Below the pieces are notes generated by a model. The model was not told the origin of the DNA, ran no database searches, and saw only the letters and a program-made list of their open reading frames with translations. The translations under genes and the position numbers were made by a program. A DNA stretch of 39,734 nt from Escherichia phage vB_EcoM_SHAK7854. Below are positions 8,586-19,030 of the stretch, piece by piece. The stretch lies in the sequence record OR594182. One strand, written 5' to 3'. Every line of letters starts with the position of its first letter. Position 1 is the stretch's first letter.

Positions 8586-8816
8586 ATGTCAATGAAACTT
8601 GTAGCACACAACAGGACATACAACGATGGGTCGGGACGTTGCCATGTAGAGCTGACTTATAGGGATTTAGTCATTCTCCGAGACAGATTACAAGAGGGTG
8701 TGACTGGGTGGATTCAACCTAACGAGTACAACCTTATAGCTTCGATTGATGAAGTGCTTAACGCGTGGATGGAAGACGAGCGCACTCAGTATCCATCATT
8801 CCCTATGATTAAATAA
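8586..8816 (+). CDS. hypothetical protein (76 aa), no T7 counterpart between gene 1 and 1.1
   Basis: CAGGAGGAG RBS. Confidence 0.55.
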   Translation: MSMKLVAHNRTYNDGSGRCHVELTYRDLVILRDRLQEGVTGWIQPNEYNLIASIDEVLNAWMEDERTQYPSFPMIK

Positions 8817-8826
8817 GGAGAGAGTT

Positions 8827-9042
8827 ATGAAATTTGCACACAAGCAGTCTGGCGTTAAGGGCGGGACTCAAATCGTGACCGTAACAGAACACAACGGCAA
8901 GGGTCTGGTGAAGACCACGGTCATCCCTACAGAGATGTCAAAGCAGCTTAACGTCCCATTCAAGACACTCGTCTATCTTGTGGAATCCAGCCACGAGAAA
9001 TACCTGAAAGACGCAGTGTCCAAGCTGGAGCAGGCCAAATGA
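8827..9042 (+). CDS. hypothetical protein (71 aa), no T7 counterpart
   Basis: AAGGAGAG RBS. Confidence 0.55.
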   Translation: MKFAHKQSGVKGGTQIVTVTEHNGKGLVKTTVIPTEMSKQLNVPFKTLVYLVESSHEKYLKDAVSKLEQAK

Positions 9043-9116
9043 CAGACATACAGTTACTGGCCCTGTGGCTGGGAGCACTCGCAGTATTCACTTTAATCCA
9101 ACGCAGAAGAGGTTAA
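9039..9116 (+). CDS. hypothetical hydrophobic peptide (25 aa)
   Basis: ATGA overlap with upstream stop; MTDIQLLALWLGALAVFTLIQRRRG. Confidence 0.25.
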   Translation: MTDIQLLALWLGALAVFTLIQRRRG

Positions 9117-9117
9117 C

Positions 9118-9140
9118 CCTAAACTATCACTATAGGATTA
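9118..9140 (+). promoter_or_regulatory. phage RNAP promoter (phi1.1-like)
   Basis: CCTAAACTATCACTATAGGATTA. Confidence 0.7.
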
Positions 9141-9182
9141 GACTCAAGGTCATGACTCAAAGTCGTGGCCTTCATGATTAAC
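9138..9182 (+). repeat. hairpin element type B (candidate RNase III site, R1.1-like)
   Basis: TTAGACTCAAGGTCATGACT...AGTCGTGGCCTT imperfect 12-bp stem. Confidence 0.5.
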
Positions 9183-9213
9183 CCTAAATAAACACTACTG
9201 GAGATTTAACCGT

Positions 9214-9393
9214 ATGTATCAGAACACTATCAACTTCGAGCGCATCCGTGAACGTCAGCAGACTGAAGGTTACATCCCTAAGGGCCGCAAGCTGAACAAG
9301 ACTAAACGTGGAGGAGGTATCAAAGGTGCTTTCCGTAACGCTGAAGGTAAAGACTCTATGGTTAACCAAGAGAAATACTTCATAGGAGCGTAA
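9214..9393 (+). CDS. gp1.1-like small basic protein (59 aa)
   Basis: KGRKLNKTKR shared with T7 gp1.1; below ORF-track cutoff. Confidence 0.6.
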   Translation: MYQNTINFERIRERQQTEGYIPKGRKLNKTKRGGGIKGAFRNAEGKDSMVNQEKYFIGA

Positions 9394-9396
9394 GCC

Positions 9397-9648
9397 ATGA
9401 GTAAACGTTGGTTATTCGACGCATCCACGAGCCAGTGGTCAGCGTTAGGCCGGACTCACCGCGAGATGAGTGAGGCAGGACTTGATGTCCTAATGGATTA
9501 CTCGCCGTGCCACGGAAAAACTCTGGTCAGAGTAATTGAAGCAGATGGTGGGAGGCTTCTGGTCTCCAGAGAATTTACCGAATATGAAATATTTAGCTGT
9601 GAGCAATGGTGCTTACAACAATTGAACGATTATAGGAGCTGGAAATAA
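9397..9648 (+). CDS. gp1.2-like protein (T7 gp1.2 is a dGTPase inhibitor)
   Basis: position and size (83 aa) match T7 gp1.2; C-terminal DYRSWK similar to T7 KDWK end. Confidence 0.5.
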   Translation: MSKRWLFDASTSQWSALGRTHREMSEAGLDVLMDYSPCHGKTLVRVIEADGGRLLVSREFTEYEIFSCEQWCLQQLNDYRSWK

Positions 9649-10712
9649 TGACTACGACTATTAAAACTAACCCGCACCGCGCTGTAGATTACTCTGAGTC
9701 AGGAGTTACGAAAGCACTGGCAGCAGCCGGGTCGCTGGAAGCTGAAGTGAAGTATGATGGTGTGCGGCTGAACCTACCGGTCTTCCCTACTGGTGAGACT
9801 CAATGGTTGAGCCGTGAGTCCAAGCCTCTTCCAGCCCTTGAGTGGCTATCAGTCCGGACCAACATCGACAACATCGTGGAAGACCAACAGATGGCTAGTG
9901 ACTGGCGATGGTTCCTGAAGCAGGCTGGATACGAAGGCACTGGCCTGATGATTGACGGTGAGGTCATGGTAAAGGGTGTAGACTTCAACACATCCTCAGG
10001 TCTTATACGAACGAAGTACGTCAAGTCTAAGAACTACGACTTCCACGATGGTGACTGGGACCTGAAGTCAAAGACTATACCATTCAGACTGGACCCTGAG
10101 CACATCAAGGTAATCGTCTACGGTGTCATCGACCTCAACGTCATCACCGACCCGAAAGCCGAAGGTCCTATCCATAGCGTCACACGCCTGAAGGCGGAAG
10201 CTATCGTCCCTCTCCTCCAGAAATACTTCCCGGAAATCGACTGGGTTCTGTCTGAGTCACACACGGTCTATGACCTTGAGTCGCTCAACTCCCTGTACGA
10301 ACAGAAGCGTCTGGAAGGACATGAGGGTCTGGTAGTCAAGGACCCGCTGGGTAAATATAAGCGTGGCAAGAAGTCTGGCATGTGGAAAATGAAGCCTGAG
10401 GAGACCATAGACGGGACCGTGTGTGGCCTCGTGTGGGGTACTCCTGGTAAGGCCAACGAAGGTAAGGTGATTGGCTTCGAGGTGCTGCTTGAGGATGGCA
10501 TGGTGGTTAACGCCTGTGGTCTGTCTGAAGAACAGAAGGACGAGTTTACGGAAGCCTGTAACACTGATACATATATTCTCGGTGGAATCAATCCGTACGA
10601 AGGATGGCAGTGTGAAGTACTCTTCATGGAGCGGTTCCCAGATGGATCCCTTCGTCACCCTAGCTTCAAGTGCTGGCGTGGAACGGAAGATAACCCAACC
10701 GTTAAGAGTTAA
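9648..10712 (+). CDS. ATP-dependent DNA ligase (T7 gp1.3 family)
   Basis: IKTNP, adenylation motif KYDGVR, EGHEGLVVKDP, KRGKKSGMWKMKPE, SLRHPSF. Confidence 0.93.
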   Translation: MTTTIKTNPHRAVDYSESGVTKALAAAGSLEAEVKYDGVRLNLPVFPTGETQWLSRESKPLPALEWLSVRTNIDNIVEDQQMASDWRWFLKQAGYEGTGLMIDGEVMVKGVDFNTSSGLIRTKYVKSKNYDFHDGDWDLKSKTIPFRLDPEHIKVIVYGVIDLNVITDPKAEGPIHSVTRLKAEAIVPLLQKYFPEIDWVLSESHTVYDLESLNSLYEQKRLEGHEGLVVKDPLGKYKRGKKSGMWKMKPEETIDGTVCGLVWGTPGKANEGKVIGFEVLLEDGMVVNACGLSEEQKDEFTEACNTDTYILGGINPYEGWQCEVLFMERFPDGSLRHPSFKCWRGTEDNPTVKS

Positions 10713-10722
10713 CTAAACGTCA

Positions 10723-10760
10723 ACCCAGTGGTCTTCGGACTGCTGGGTTTCTTTGCTTTG
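10723..10760 (+). terminator. rho-independent early terminator (TE-like) after ligase
   Basis: CCCAGTGG-TCTTCGGA-CTGCTGGG stem-loop followed by TTTCTTTGCTTTG. Confidence 0.65.
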
Positions 10761-10795
10761 TGCTAGCAAGCTATCGTCTGGGCCACCAGTTAGAC

Positions 10796-10818
10796 CCTAA
10801 GCTATCACTATAGGACAA
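10796..10818 (+). promoter_or_regulatory. phage RNAP promoter
   Basis: CCTAAGCTATCACTATAGGACAA. Confidence 0.65.
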
Positions 10819-10844
10819 CCATAACTCGACCTAAGGAGGCCGAC

Positions 10845-11099
10845 ATGTTTAAGAACTTAATGTTCAATCGTTATACCAGTACATTCCACCTGTCTCACAA
10901 CCCATTAGCTTGCATTAAGCGCAACGAGAAGATGGGATACTTCGGGAAGGCCGTTAAGCTGTCACCTACAGTCTTCGCTCTGATTACTCCTGGCAAAGCT
11001 GAAGAGGCTCGACAGAAGCAGGAGACAAGTGTGCCTGTGGTCTACACTAAGTGGCCTCGCTTTCGTCTGTTCGTTGAGTTCGTGAAGGAGGTGTTCTGA
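10845..11099 (+). CDS. hypothetical protein (84 aa; gene 1.4-1.6 region)
   Basis: AAGGAGG RBS. Confidence 0.5.
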   Translation: MFKNLMFNRYTSTFHLSHNPLACIKRNEKMGYFGKAVKLSPTVFALITPGKAEEARQKQETSVPVVYTKWPRFRLFVEFVKEVF

Positions 11100-11635
11100 T
11101 GGGATGTATAGCTTGCTTAGAGAAGGATGACCGTTATCCACACACCTGTAATAAAGGAGTTAACAATATGAACGCACTTGAACAAGAGATTATCATTAAG
11201 TTGGTAGATAATAACGAAGGTCGCCCAGATGATTTGAATGGCTGCAGTATTTTCTGCCATACTGTCCCTTGCTTCCTCTGCCCTGTAAATATCAATGAAA
11301 AGATAACCTTAGGTGAAATCCGAGCGATGGACATACGTAAGCCTAAACTGGAGAAACCAGAGGTAACTCCTACAGATGACCAACCTTCCACTGAGTCAAT
11401 CGACGCTGTCCGCAAGCCGTCCCACTATCAGGTATTTGACAGAGTGGAGTCCATTGAGATTATCGCTCGGTCCATGACTGTCAGCGAGTTCCGTGGGTTC
11501 TGCATGGGTAACGTCCTGAAGTATCGACTCCGGGCTGGTAAGAAGTCCGAGCTGGCTACTATGGAGAAGGACCTGAACAAAGCAGCCTTCTATCAGGAGC
11601 TGTTCGACCTGCATAAAGGTAAGTGCTATGCTTAA
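11099..11635 (+). CDS. nucleotide kinase (T7 gp1.7 family)
   Basis: GCIACLEKDDRYPHTCNKG, NNEGRPDDLNGC, KITLGEIRAMD, PEVTPTDDQPS, KYRLRAGKKSEL, C-terminal KCYA match T7 gp1.7. Confidence 0.85.
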   Translation: MGCIACLEKDDRYPHTCNKGVNNMNALEQEIIIKLVDNNEGRPDDLNGCSIFCHTVPCFLCPVNINEKITLGEIRAMDIRKPKLEKPEVTPTDDQPSTESIDAVRKPSHYQVFDRVESIEIIARSMTVSEFRGFCMGNVLKYRLRAGKKSELATMEKDLNKAAFYQELFDLHKGKCYA

Positions 11636-11715
11636 TGATATTGTGTATTACTGTGTAGTATGCGCCGGAGTTGGAGCACTAATCCTTTTAATATATTGGG
11701 CCATAGAGGTGTAAT

Positions 11716-11814
11716 ATGGAAAAGCCGAGTGAGTGGTGCGAGCGTAAATTTGAGGAGACAGGTAACGTCGATTACCTTCAGCTCTACAACTTATGGAAGG
11801 AGCGTGGTCTATGA
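11716..11814 (+). CDS. hypothetical small protein (32 aa; gene 1.8 position)
   Basis: GAGGTG RBS; ATGA overlap with the following gene. Confidence 0.35.
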   Translation: MEKPSEWCERKFEETGNVDYLQLYNLWKERGL

Positions 11815-11969
11815 CTGACGTAGAGAAGAAGTACATCGTGGAGCTTGAGGGTCGCATTCAGTCCTTCGAGGTTCCGGTGTACGCAAAGTCTCTTGAAGAG
11901 GCTACCCTGAAGTCCCAAGAGTATGAGGACGCTGGGTTTGTGGTCGGACGGATTCGTCCTGAGACCTAA
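11811..11969 (+). CDS. Gp2-like inhibitor of host RNA polymerase (52 aa)
   Basis: [14 protein letters not shown]...[10 protein letters not shown] resembles T7 Gp2 SFEVPIYAETLDEA...AGFEVTRVRP. Confidence 0.75.
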   Translation: MTDVEKKYIVELEGRIQSFEVPVYAKSLEEATLKSQEYEDAGFVVGRIRPET

Positions 11970-11987
11970 ACTATCACTGTAGGACAG
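11965..11987 (+). promoter_or_regulatory. phage RNAP promoter, variant (TGTAGG)
   Basis: CCTAAACTATCACTGTAGGACAG; stop codon of the Gp2-like gene lies within it. Confidence 0.55.
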
Positions 11988-12027
11988 ACGTCCAGTTCGT
12001 AACTTTTAAATTAGGAGATTTACACCG

Positions 12028-12729
12028 ATGGCTAAAGAGCAACTGAAGACTTTCACCACTCCGGTAGCTGGTATTGTTGAGCCTTACGCATGGCTTAACA
12101 AAGCAGACACCAAGTTCAACGAGCGTGGTGAACACAAAGTCAACCTTACATTCGACCTGAGCAACCCGAAGGTCCGTAAGATGATTGATGTCTTACAGAA
12201 GATTCACGACGATGCGTATGCGAAAGCACTTGCAGACCACGAGAAGAACCCACCTCAGGTTCAGCGTGGCAAGAAGCCTATTGAACCACGAGAAGGCGAC
12301 ATGCCGTGGATTGAGAATGGTGACGGTACTGTTACCCTGAAGTTTAAATGCTTTGCGTCTTACCTGAAGGATGGTAAGTCAGAGCCTATCGTATTACGGT
12401 TCTACGACACCGATGCTAAGTTAATCCGTGACGTCCCGAATATTGGCGCTGGCTCAAAGCTGAAGGTCAAGTTTAAAGTCCTGCCGTTCAAGTGGAACGC
12501 TGCGACTGGTGCAAGCGTTAAGCTACAGCTTGAGTCCTGCCTTCTGGTAGAACTGAAGGAATGGAAAGGTGATGGTGCTGGTGGCGATGGTGGCTGGGGT
12601 GATGATGAAGACCTTGGTACTGGTTACAAAGCGTCAACCGTTGGTGACTTCGGTGGTGATGACTTTGGGTCTGACGATGGTTACGAAGGTGGTGACGACT
12701 CCAACTCTGGTGGCGATTACGACTTCTAA
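12028..12729 (+). CDS. single-stranded DNA-binding protein (T7 gp2.5 family)
   Basis: 233 aa; Gly/Asp-rich acidic C-terminus ending DYDF as in gp2.5. Confidence 0.9.
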   Translation: MAKEQLKTFTTPVAGIVEPYAWLNKADTKFNERGEHKVNLTFDLSNPKVRKMIDVLQKIHDDAYAKALADHEKNPPQVQRGKKPIEPREGDMPWIENGDGTVTLKFKCFASYLKDGKSEPIVLRFYDTDAKLIRDVPNIGAGSKLKVKFKVLPFKWNAATGASVKLQLESCLLVELKEWKGDGAGGDGGWGDDEDLGTGYKASTVGDFGGDDFGSDDGYEGGDDSNSGGDYDF

Positions 12730-13181
12730 TGGCCCAATGGTCTGCAAAACGGGGGCACTCTGTGGGTGCCTACCGCTCTGGACTTGAAGCCAAGAACCAG
12801 CAGTGGCTGGAACAGAACGGCGTCAAAGCGGAGTACGAAAGCCATTATATCAACTATGTGATTCCGGCTTCCGACCACAAGTACACACCAGATTTTATTC
12901 TTCCTAACGGCATCATCGTGGAGACCAAAGGAATCTTCGATAGTGATGACCGTAAGAAGCACCTTCTGGTACGAGAACAGCACCCTGAGTTAGACATTCG
13001 GTTCGTGTTCTCAAGTTCACGCTCCAAGTTATACAAAGGGTCTCCGACCACGTATGGCGCATGGTGCGAAAAGAATGGCTTTAAGTATGCCGATAAATTC
13101 ATCCCGGTTGAGTGGCTTCGAGAGGCGACTGTACGTCTGCCTTCAGGTATACTCATCCCCAAGAAGAAAGGAGTTAAGTGA
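12729..13181 (+). CDS. endonuclease I / Holliday junction resolvase (T7 gp3 family)
   Basis: FRSGLE, YVIPAS, YTPDF, ETKG, DDRKKHLLVREQHPELDIRFVFSSSRSKLYKGSPTTYG. Confidence 0.93.
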   Translation: MAQWSAKRGHSVGAYRSGLEAKNQQWLEQNGVKAEYESHYINYVIPASDHKYTPDFILPNGIIVETKGIFDSDDRKKHLLVREQHPELDIRFVFSSSRSKLYKGSPTTYGAWCEKNGFKYADKFIPVEWLREATVRLPSGILIPKKKGVK

Positions 13182-13672
13182 TGAGCAAGAAGTTTAAACT
13201 GTTAGTAGATGCGCATGGCTGGCCTAGTGGGACTATAGTTACCAAGTGTGAGAATGACCCCGTACCAGATTCAAGAATGACCCTAGTTGAGTGCCAGACT
13301 CCAGGCGCATACAAACATGGGTCTAACGGCTGCAATACTCAGCCTGAGGGTATGTGGGGAGCATGGGTCCTTAATTGGAAACTTGAGGAAATCAAGCCGG
13401 AAGAGAAACTCACTGGTGTCCAAACCACTCAAGTCCTGCCAGCTTCGAGCGTACCGCCTGTGACTTTGAAGCGTGAAGTCCTGACCATCGACAAGATTGG
13501 TGTAGGCCAGACGTTCATCGTCCATGGAAAGCCTGAAGAAGTTTACGTGAAGATTAGCAACTCACACGTCTTCAACCATAAGCATCTCCAGATGCACACC
13601 ACGGACGCACAACGCTTCACCCAGCACCTGAATCTGGTTGTCGTAGAATTGGTGGTGTGCAATGGTAAGTAA
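13181..13672 (+). CDS. hypothetical protein (about 163 aa) inserted between gp3 and gp3.5
   Basis: ATG overlaps gp3 stop (TGATG) and the ORF overlaps the gp3.5 start; no T7 counterpart. Confidence 0.55.
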   Translation: MSKKFKLLVDAHGWPSGTIVTKCENDPVPDSRMTLVECQTPGAYKHGSNGCNTQPEGMWGAWVLNWKLEEIKPEEKLTGVQTTQVLPASSVPPVTLKREVLTIDKIGVGQTFIVHGKPEEVYVKISNSHVFNHKHLQMHTTDAQRFTQHLNLVVVELVVCNGK

Positions 13673-14120
13673 GGTACAGTTCAATCCACGGTCCAGGACC
13701 GACGCTATCTTCGTTCACTGTTCGGCTACCAAGCCAGAGATGGACATCGGGGTAGAGACCATCCGTATGTGGCACAAGCAGCAAGGCTGGCTGGACGTAG
13801 GCTACCACTTTATCATCAAGCGCGATGGTACTGTGGAAGAGGGACGCCCGGTCAATGTCGTAGGGTCACACGTTAAGGACTGGAACTCACGGTCTGTAGG
13901 CGTCTGCCTTGTAGGTGGAATTGACGCTAAGGGCAAGTTTGAAGCTAACTTCACTCCGGCCCAGATGAACTCCCTGCGCAACAAGCTGGCTGACCTGAAG
14001 GTCCTGTATCCTCAGGCAGAAATCAAAGCACACCATGACGTAGCACCTAAGGCGTGTCCAAGTTTTGACTTGCAACGCTGGCTGTCTACCAATGAACTGG
14101 TCACTTCCGACCGTGGTTAA
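13662..14120 (+). CDS. N-acetylmuramoyl-L-alanine amidase / lysozyme (T7 gp3.5 family)
   Basis: DAIFVHCSATKP, QGWLDVGYHFIIKRDGTVEEGR, GVCLVGGIDAKGKF, APKACPSFDL, NELVTSDRG. Confidence 0.93.
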   Translation: MVSKVQFNPRSRTDAIFVHCSATKPEMDIGVETIRMWHKQQGWLDVGYHFIIKRDGTVEEGRPVNVVGSHVKDWNSRSVGVCLVGGIDAKGKFEANFTPAQMNSLRNKLADLKVLYPQAEIKAHHDVAPKACPSFDLQRWLSTNELVTSDRG

Positions 14121-14144
14121 TAAACTCTAAGGGAGAACAACCCA

Positions 14145-14360
14145 ATGATTAAACTTATCGAATTTCTTGGTCGTCTGGTGGTGCGTGGTTATCGTCGTGC
14201 TGCGGTACTGGAACGAAAGGTAGAAAAGAAGACTGCGGACGGTGCGGCTGATGCTGCTGCTCTGGCTGACAAGCTGACCATCGCGTCACTGGAAGCTGGC
14301 ATGAAGGCGCGTCAGGCTGACACCAAAGCCGACCAGTTGGCTCAGTTCTTCAAAGCCTAA
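14145..14360 (+). CDS. hypothetical protein (71 aa; gene 3.8 position)
   Basis: AGGGAGAA RBS; Ala/Lys-rich, probably helical. Confidence 0.5.
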   Translation: MIKLIEFLGRLVVRGYRRAAVLERKVEKKTADGAADAAALADKLTIASLEAGMKARQADTKADQLAQFFKA

Positions 14361-14378
14361 ACTATCACCTTAGGGATG
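14356..14378 (+). promoter_or_regulatory. phage RNAP promoter, variant (CCTTAGGG)
   Basis: CCTAAACTATCACCTTAGGGATG; overlaps upstream stop; followed by GGGAC...GTCCC hairpin. Confidence 0.5.
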
Positions 14379-14425
14379 GGACCATGAGTCCTGTCCCTTT
14401 GTTCGCATTTGTGATTAAGGAGTGA

Positions 14426-16129
<1,704 letters not shown>

Positions 16130-16140
16130 GGAGGAGTACA

Positions 16141-16305
16141 TTGCTAAGAAAACTTAAAGCTCGCTACCATCGGTTCATGTACAAATGGTGGAGCGACGAA
16201 GCAACCTGCCTGTCGAACATTCTGGGAGACCAGCGGTTCAACTCTGAGGCATGGAAGAAAGCTAACCGGAAGTTCATGTATCACTTCTTGCGTACAGACT
16301 TCTAG
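16141..16305 (+). CDS. hypothetical basic protein (54 aa; gene 4.3-4.5 region), TTG start
   Basis: AAGGAGGAG RBS; the ORF-track ATG start at 16108 lies inside gp4. Confidence 0.35.
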   Translation: MLRKLKARYHRFMYKWWSDEATCLSNILGDQRFNSEAWKKANRKFMYHFLRTDF

Positions 16306-16357
16306 GTCTAGACTCAAGGTCATTCACATAGAGTGGCCTTTATGATTAGACTAAACG
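16306..16357 (+). repeat. hairpin element type B (candidate RNase III site)
   Basis: GTCTAGACTCAAGGTCAT...GTGGCCTTTATGATTAGAC. Confidence 0.5.
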
Positions 16358-16368
16358 GAGGATTAACC

Positions 16369-18540
16369 ATGTTTGACCTTAAGAGTATCTGGGGTTCTGA
16401 CATCGAGACCAACGGTCTCCTTGATACAGTCTCCCAGTTTCACTGTGGGGTCCTGATTAACGCCGAGTCGAATGAGACCCTTAAGTATGGGGTAGCTCCG
16501 ATGGTCGGTATCGTCGGTGGCTTCAAAGAGTATGTGCAGAAGGTGGAAGAGATTGCCGCATCACCTGATGGTATGCTGGTATTCCACAACGGTATCAACT
16601 ATGACGTCCCGGCTATTGACAAGCTGAAGCGTCTGTACTTCGGGAAACGCTTTAACTTCCCGAAACACAAGATGATTGATACCTTGGTGCTGGGTCGCTT
16701 GATGTATCCCAACATTAAGTTCTCAGACATGGGCGCGGTGAAAGCTGGTCGTCTGCCTCCTAAGATGATGGGACGCCAGTCTCTTGAGGCTTGGGGTTAT
16801 CGTCTCGGTGAGATGAAGGGTGAGTACAAACACGATTACGTTGCCAAGTGCAAGGCAGAAGGTATCGAATATAAGGCTGGGGACGAATGGCTGTTCCCGT
16901 CTCAGGAGATGCTGGACTATAACGTTCAGGACGTTGTGGTCACACTGGCGCTGTTCAAGAAGTTCCTGACTGACAAGTATTACTTCCAGTCTGAACAGTT
17001 CGCTTTCGACCAGATTTATGCGTTGCGTCTGGAACATGATGCTGCGTGGACCTGTGCGAAGATGGAACGTAACGGCTATCCGATGAACACCGAGATGGTC
17101 GAAGGCTTATATCGTGAACTAACCGTCAAACGTGCAGAGCTGCTGGACAAGCTGCGTTCGACTTTCGGTAGCTGGTACGCACCAAAGGGAGGCAAGAAGT
17201 TCTTCAAGCACCCACGGACTGGCAAGGACCTTCCGAAGTATCCGCGAGTCGTGTATCCTAAGGTCGGTGGCATCTTTAAGAAGCCGAAGAACAAAGCTCA
17301 ACGCTTAGGTCTTGAACCTTGTGAGCGTGATACGCGAGACACGATGGAAGGAGCGCCTTTCACGCCAATCACTTACGTTGAGTTTAATCCGGGAAGCGGA
17401 GACCACTTAGCGAAAGTCCTGATGGAGCGTGGCTGGGAGCCTGTAGACTTCACTGACACCGGGAAACCTGTAGTCGATGACGAGACGTTAGAACACGTTA
17501 AGTTACCAGACGCAGAGGCTCAGGCTTGCGTAGAGCTGGTCCGTGAGTACCTGGTAGTCCAGAAGCGCATCGGTCAGGCTGCTGAAGGTAAGAACGCATG
17601 GTTGAAACTTGTAGGTCCAGACGGACGTATGCACGGCTCAATAAACCCATGCGGGGCAGTAACCGGACGTGCGACCCATAGTTCACCAAACATGGCTCAG
17701 GTCCCGGCTAACGGTGCTCCATATGGTGAGACTTGCCGTGGTGCTTTCGGTGCAGCGTGGAACAAGAAGGACGGTAAGCCAGACCCTTGGATTCAAGTTG
17801 GTGTGGATGCCTCAGGTCTTGAGCTTCGTTGTCTTGGGAACAGAGCGGCTCCGTTTGATGGTGGTGCATATGCGAAGACTGTGGTAGAAGGTGACATCCA
17901 CTGGGCCAACGCAGTAAACGCTGGGTTAGCACCTAACGTCCAACGCGATAAGTCTAACCACGACCATGAGGCTTTCCGTAACAACGCTAAGACGTTCATC
18001 TACGCGTTCCTGTATGGTGCAGGGGCCGCTAAGATTGGACTGATAGTAGGCGGTGGTAAGAAGGAAGGTTCAGCGCTCATGAAGAAATTCATTGAGGGTA
18101 CACCAGCTATCAAGGACCTCAGGGAAGCTGTAAGTAATACGTTAATCTCAGACTCTAAGTGGGTGGACGGTGAGAATATCGTCAAGTGGAAACGTCGCTG
18201 GCTGAAAGGTCTGGATGGTCGTCGTATTCACATCCGGTCTCCACACTCAGCACTGAACGCATTACTTCAAGGTGATGGTGCGGTAGTATGTAAGCACTGG
18301 ATTGTTGAGACTGAACGTATGCTCGAAGAGGCCGGGTATGTCCACGGCTGGGAAGGAGACTTTGCGTACATGGCATGGGTCCACGACGAATTGCAGATTG
18401 CAGCTCGGAACATGGAGATTGCCGAAGATATTCGCAGGATTGCTCAACTTGCTATGCGTAAGGTGGGTGAGTTCTATAACTTTAAATGTGTCCTTGATAC
18501 TGAAGGTAAGATTGGACCAACTTGGAAGGAGTGTCACTAA
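16369..18540 (+). CDS. DNA polymerase (T7 gp5 family)
   Basis: SDIETNGLLDTVSQFHCGV, FHNG, YDVPA, VQDVVVT, NPCGAVTGRATHSSPN, AKTFIYAFLYGAG, AYMAWVHDE; start moved to ATG 16369 with GGAGGA RBS. Confidence 0.95.
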   Translation: MFDLKSIWGSDIETNGLLDTVSQFHCGVLINAESNETLKYGVAPMVGIVGGFKEYVQKVEEIAASPDGMLVFHNGINYDVPAIDKLKRLYFGKRFNFPKHKMIDTLVLGRLMYPNIKFSDMGAVKAGRLPPKMMGRQSLEAWGYRLGEMKGEYKHDYVAKCKAEGIEYKAGDEWLFPSQEMLDYNVQDVVVTLALFKKFLTDKYYFQSEQFAFDQIYALRLEHDAAWTCAKMERNGYPMNTEMVEGLYRELTVKRAELLDKLRSTFGSWYAPKGGKKFFKHPRTGKDLPKYPRVVYPKVGGIFKKPKNKAQRLGLEPCERDTRDTMEGAPFTPITYVEFNPGSGDHLAKVLMERGWEPVDFTDTGKPVVDDETLEHVKLPDAEAQACVELVREYLVVQKRIGQAAEGKNAWLKLVGPDGRMHGSINPCGAVTGRATHSSPNMAQVPANGAPYGETCRGAFGAAWNKKDGKPDPWIQVGVDASGLELRCLGNRAAPFDGGAYAKTVVEGDIHWANAVNAGLAPNVQRDKSNHDHEAFRNNAKTFIYAFLYGAGAAKIGLIVGGGKKEGSALMKKFIEGTPAIKDLREAVSNTLISDSKWVDGENIVKWKRRWLKGLDGRRIHIRSPHSALNALLQGDGAVVCKHWIVETERMLEEAGYVHGWEGDFAYMAWVHDELQIAARNMEIAEDIRRIAQLAMRKVGEFYNFKCVLDTEGKIGPTWKECH

Positions 18541-18824
18541 TGGCTATTACTAAACGTATTCGTGTGAGTTTTGATCTGAAGATGGTTGCTAACTCAAAGG
18601 AAGAAGATACCATGTGTCGCCAACTGGCTGATATGACTAAAGCCTACGCTGAGGGTGAGAAGCTGGATGGTCTTCAGTTGGCTCTGGTCAAAACCGCAAT
18701 CGAGTCAGGCCCTGAGTCTGCCCTTGAAATTGCCCTCAAGAAGACCATCAAGGAGAAGCTGGTAGACGACTTTGGTTATGGCCAGTTCGGAGTATCTAAC
18801 CTGCGATTCGAGGTCAAGCAATGA
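18540..18824 (+). CDS. hypothetical protein, possibly gp5.5-like
   Basis: TAATG overlap with gp5 stop; N-terminus MAITKRIRVSFDL recalled as similar to T7 gp5.5. Confidence 0.5.
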   Translation: MAITKRIRVSFDLKMVANSKEEDTMCRQLADMTKAYAEGEKLDGLQLALVKTAIESGPESALEIALKKTIKEKLVDDFGYGQFGVSNLRFEVKQ

Positions 18825-19030
18825 GTGAATACTTACGGGTCCTAGCGGCCCTTAAGTCCTGCCCGAAGACCTTCCAGTCCAACTATGTGCGCAACAACGC
18901 TGCACTTGTGGCTGAGGCTGCGAGTCGTGGACATCTAAGCTGCCTGTCTATGGATGGGCGTAACAACGGTGCGTGGGAGATTACCGCTGCTGGCACCAAG
19001 TTCCTGAACCAACACGGAGGATGCCTGTGA
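18821..19030 (+). CDS. gp5.7-like protein
   Basis: LKSCPKTFQSNYVRNNAALVAEAASRGHLSCL...GAWEITAAGTKFL closely matches T7 gp5.7. Confidence 0.8.
   Translation: MSEYLRVLAALKSCPKTFQSNYVRNNAALVAEAASRGHLSCLSMDGRNNGAWEITAAGTKFLNQHGGCL

Noticed and set aside
16333-16368. Upstream ATG start for DNA polymerase (MAFMIRLNGGLT...)
   Set aside because: ATG at 16369 has a GGAGGA RBS at correct spacing and aligns with the T7 gp5 N-terminus; the extension overlaps the upstream hairpin element.
18973-19026. Upstream ATG start for gp6 exonuclease
   Set aside because: It overlaps the 3-prime end of gp5.7 with no RBS; GTG at 19027 has a GGAGGA RBS and aligns with the conserved gp6 N-terminus.
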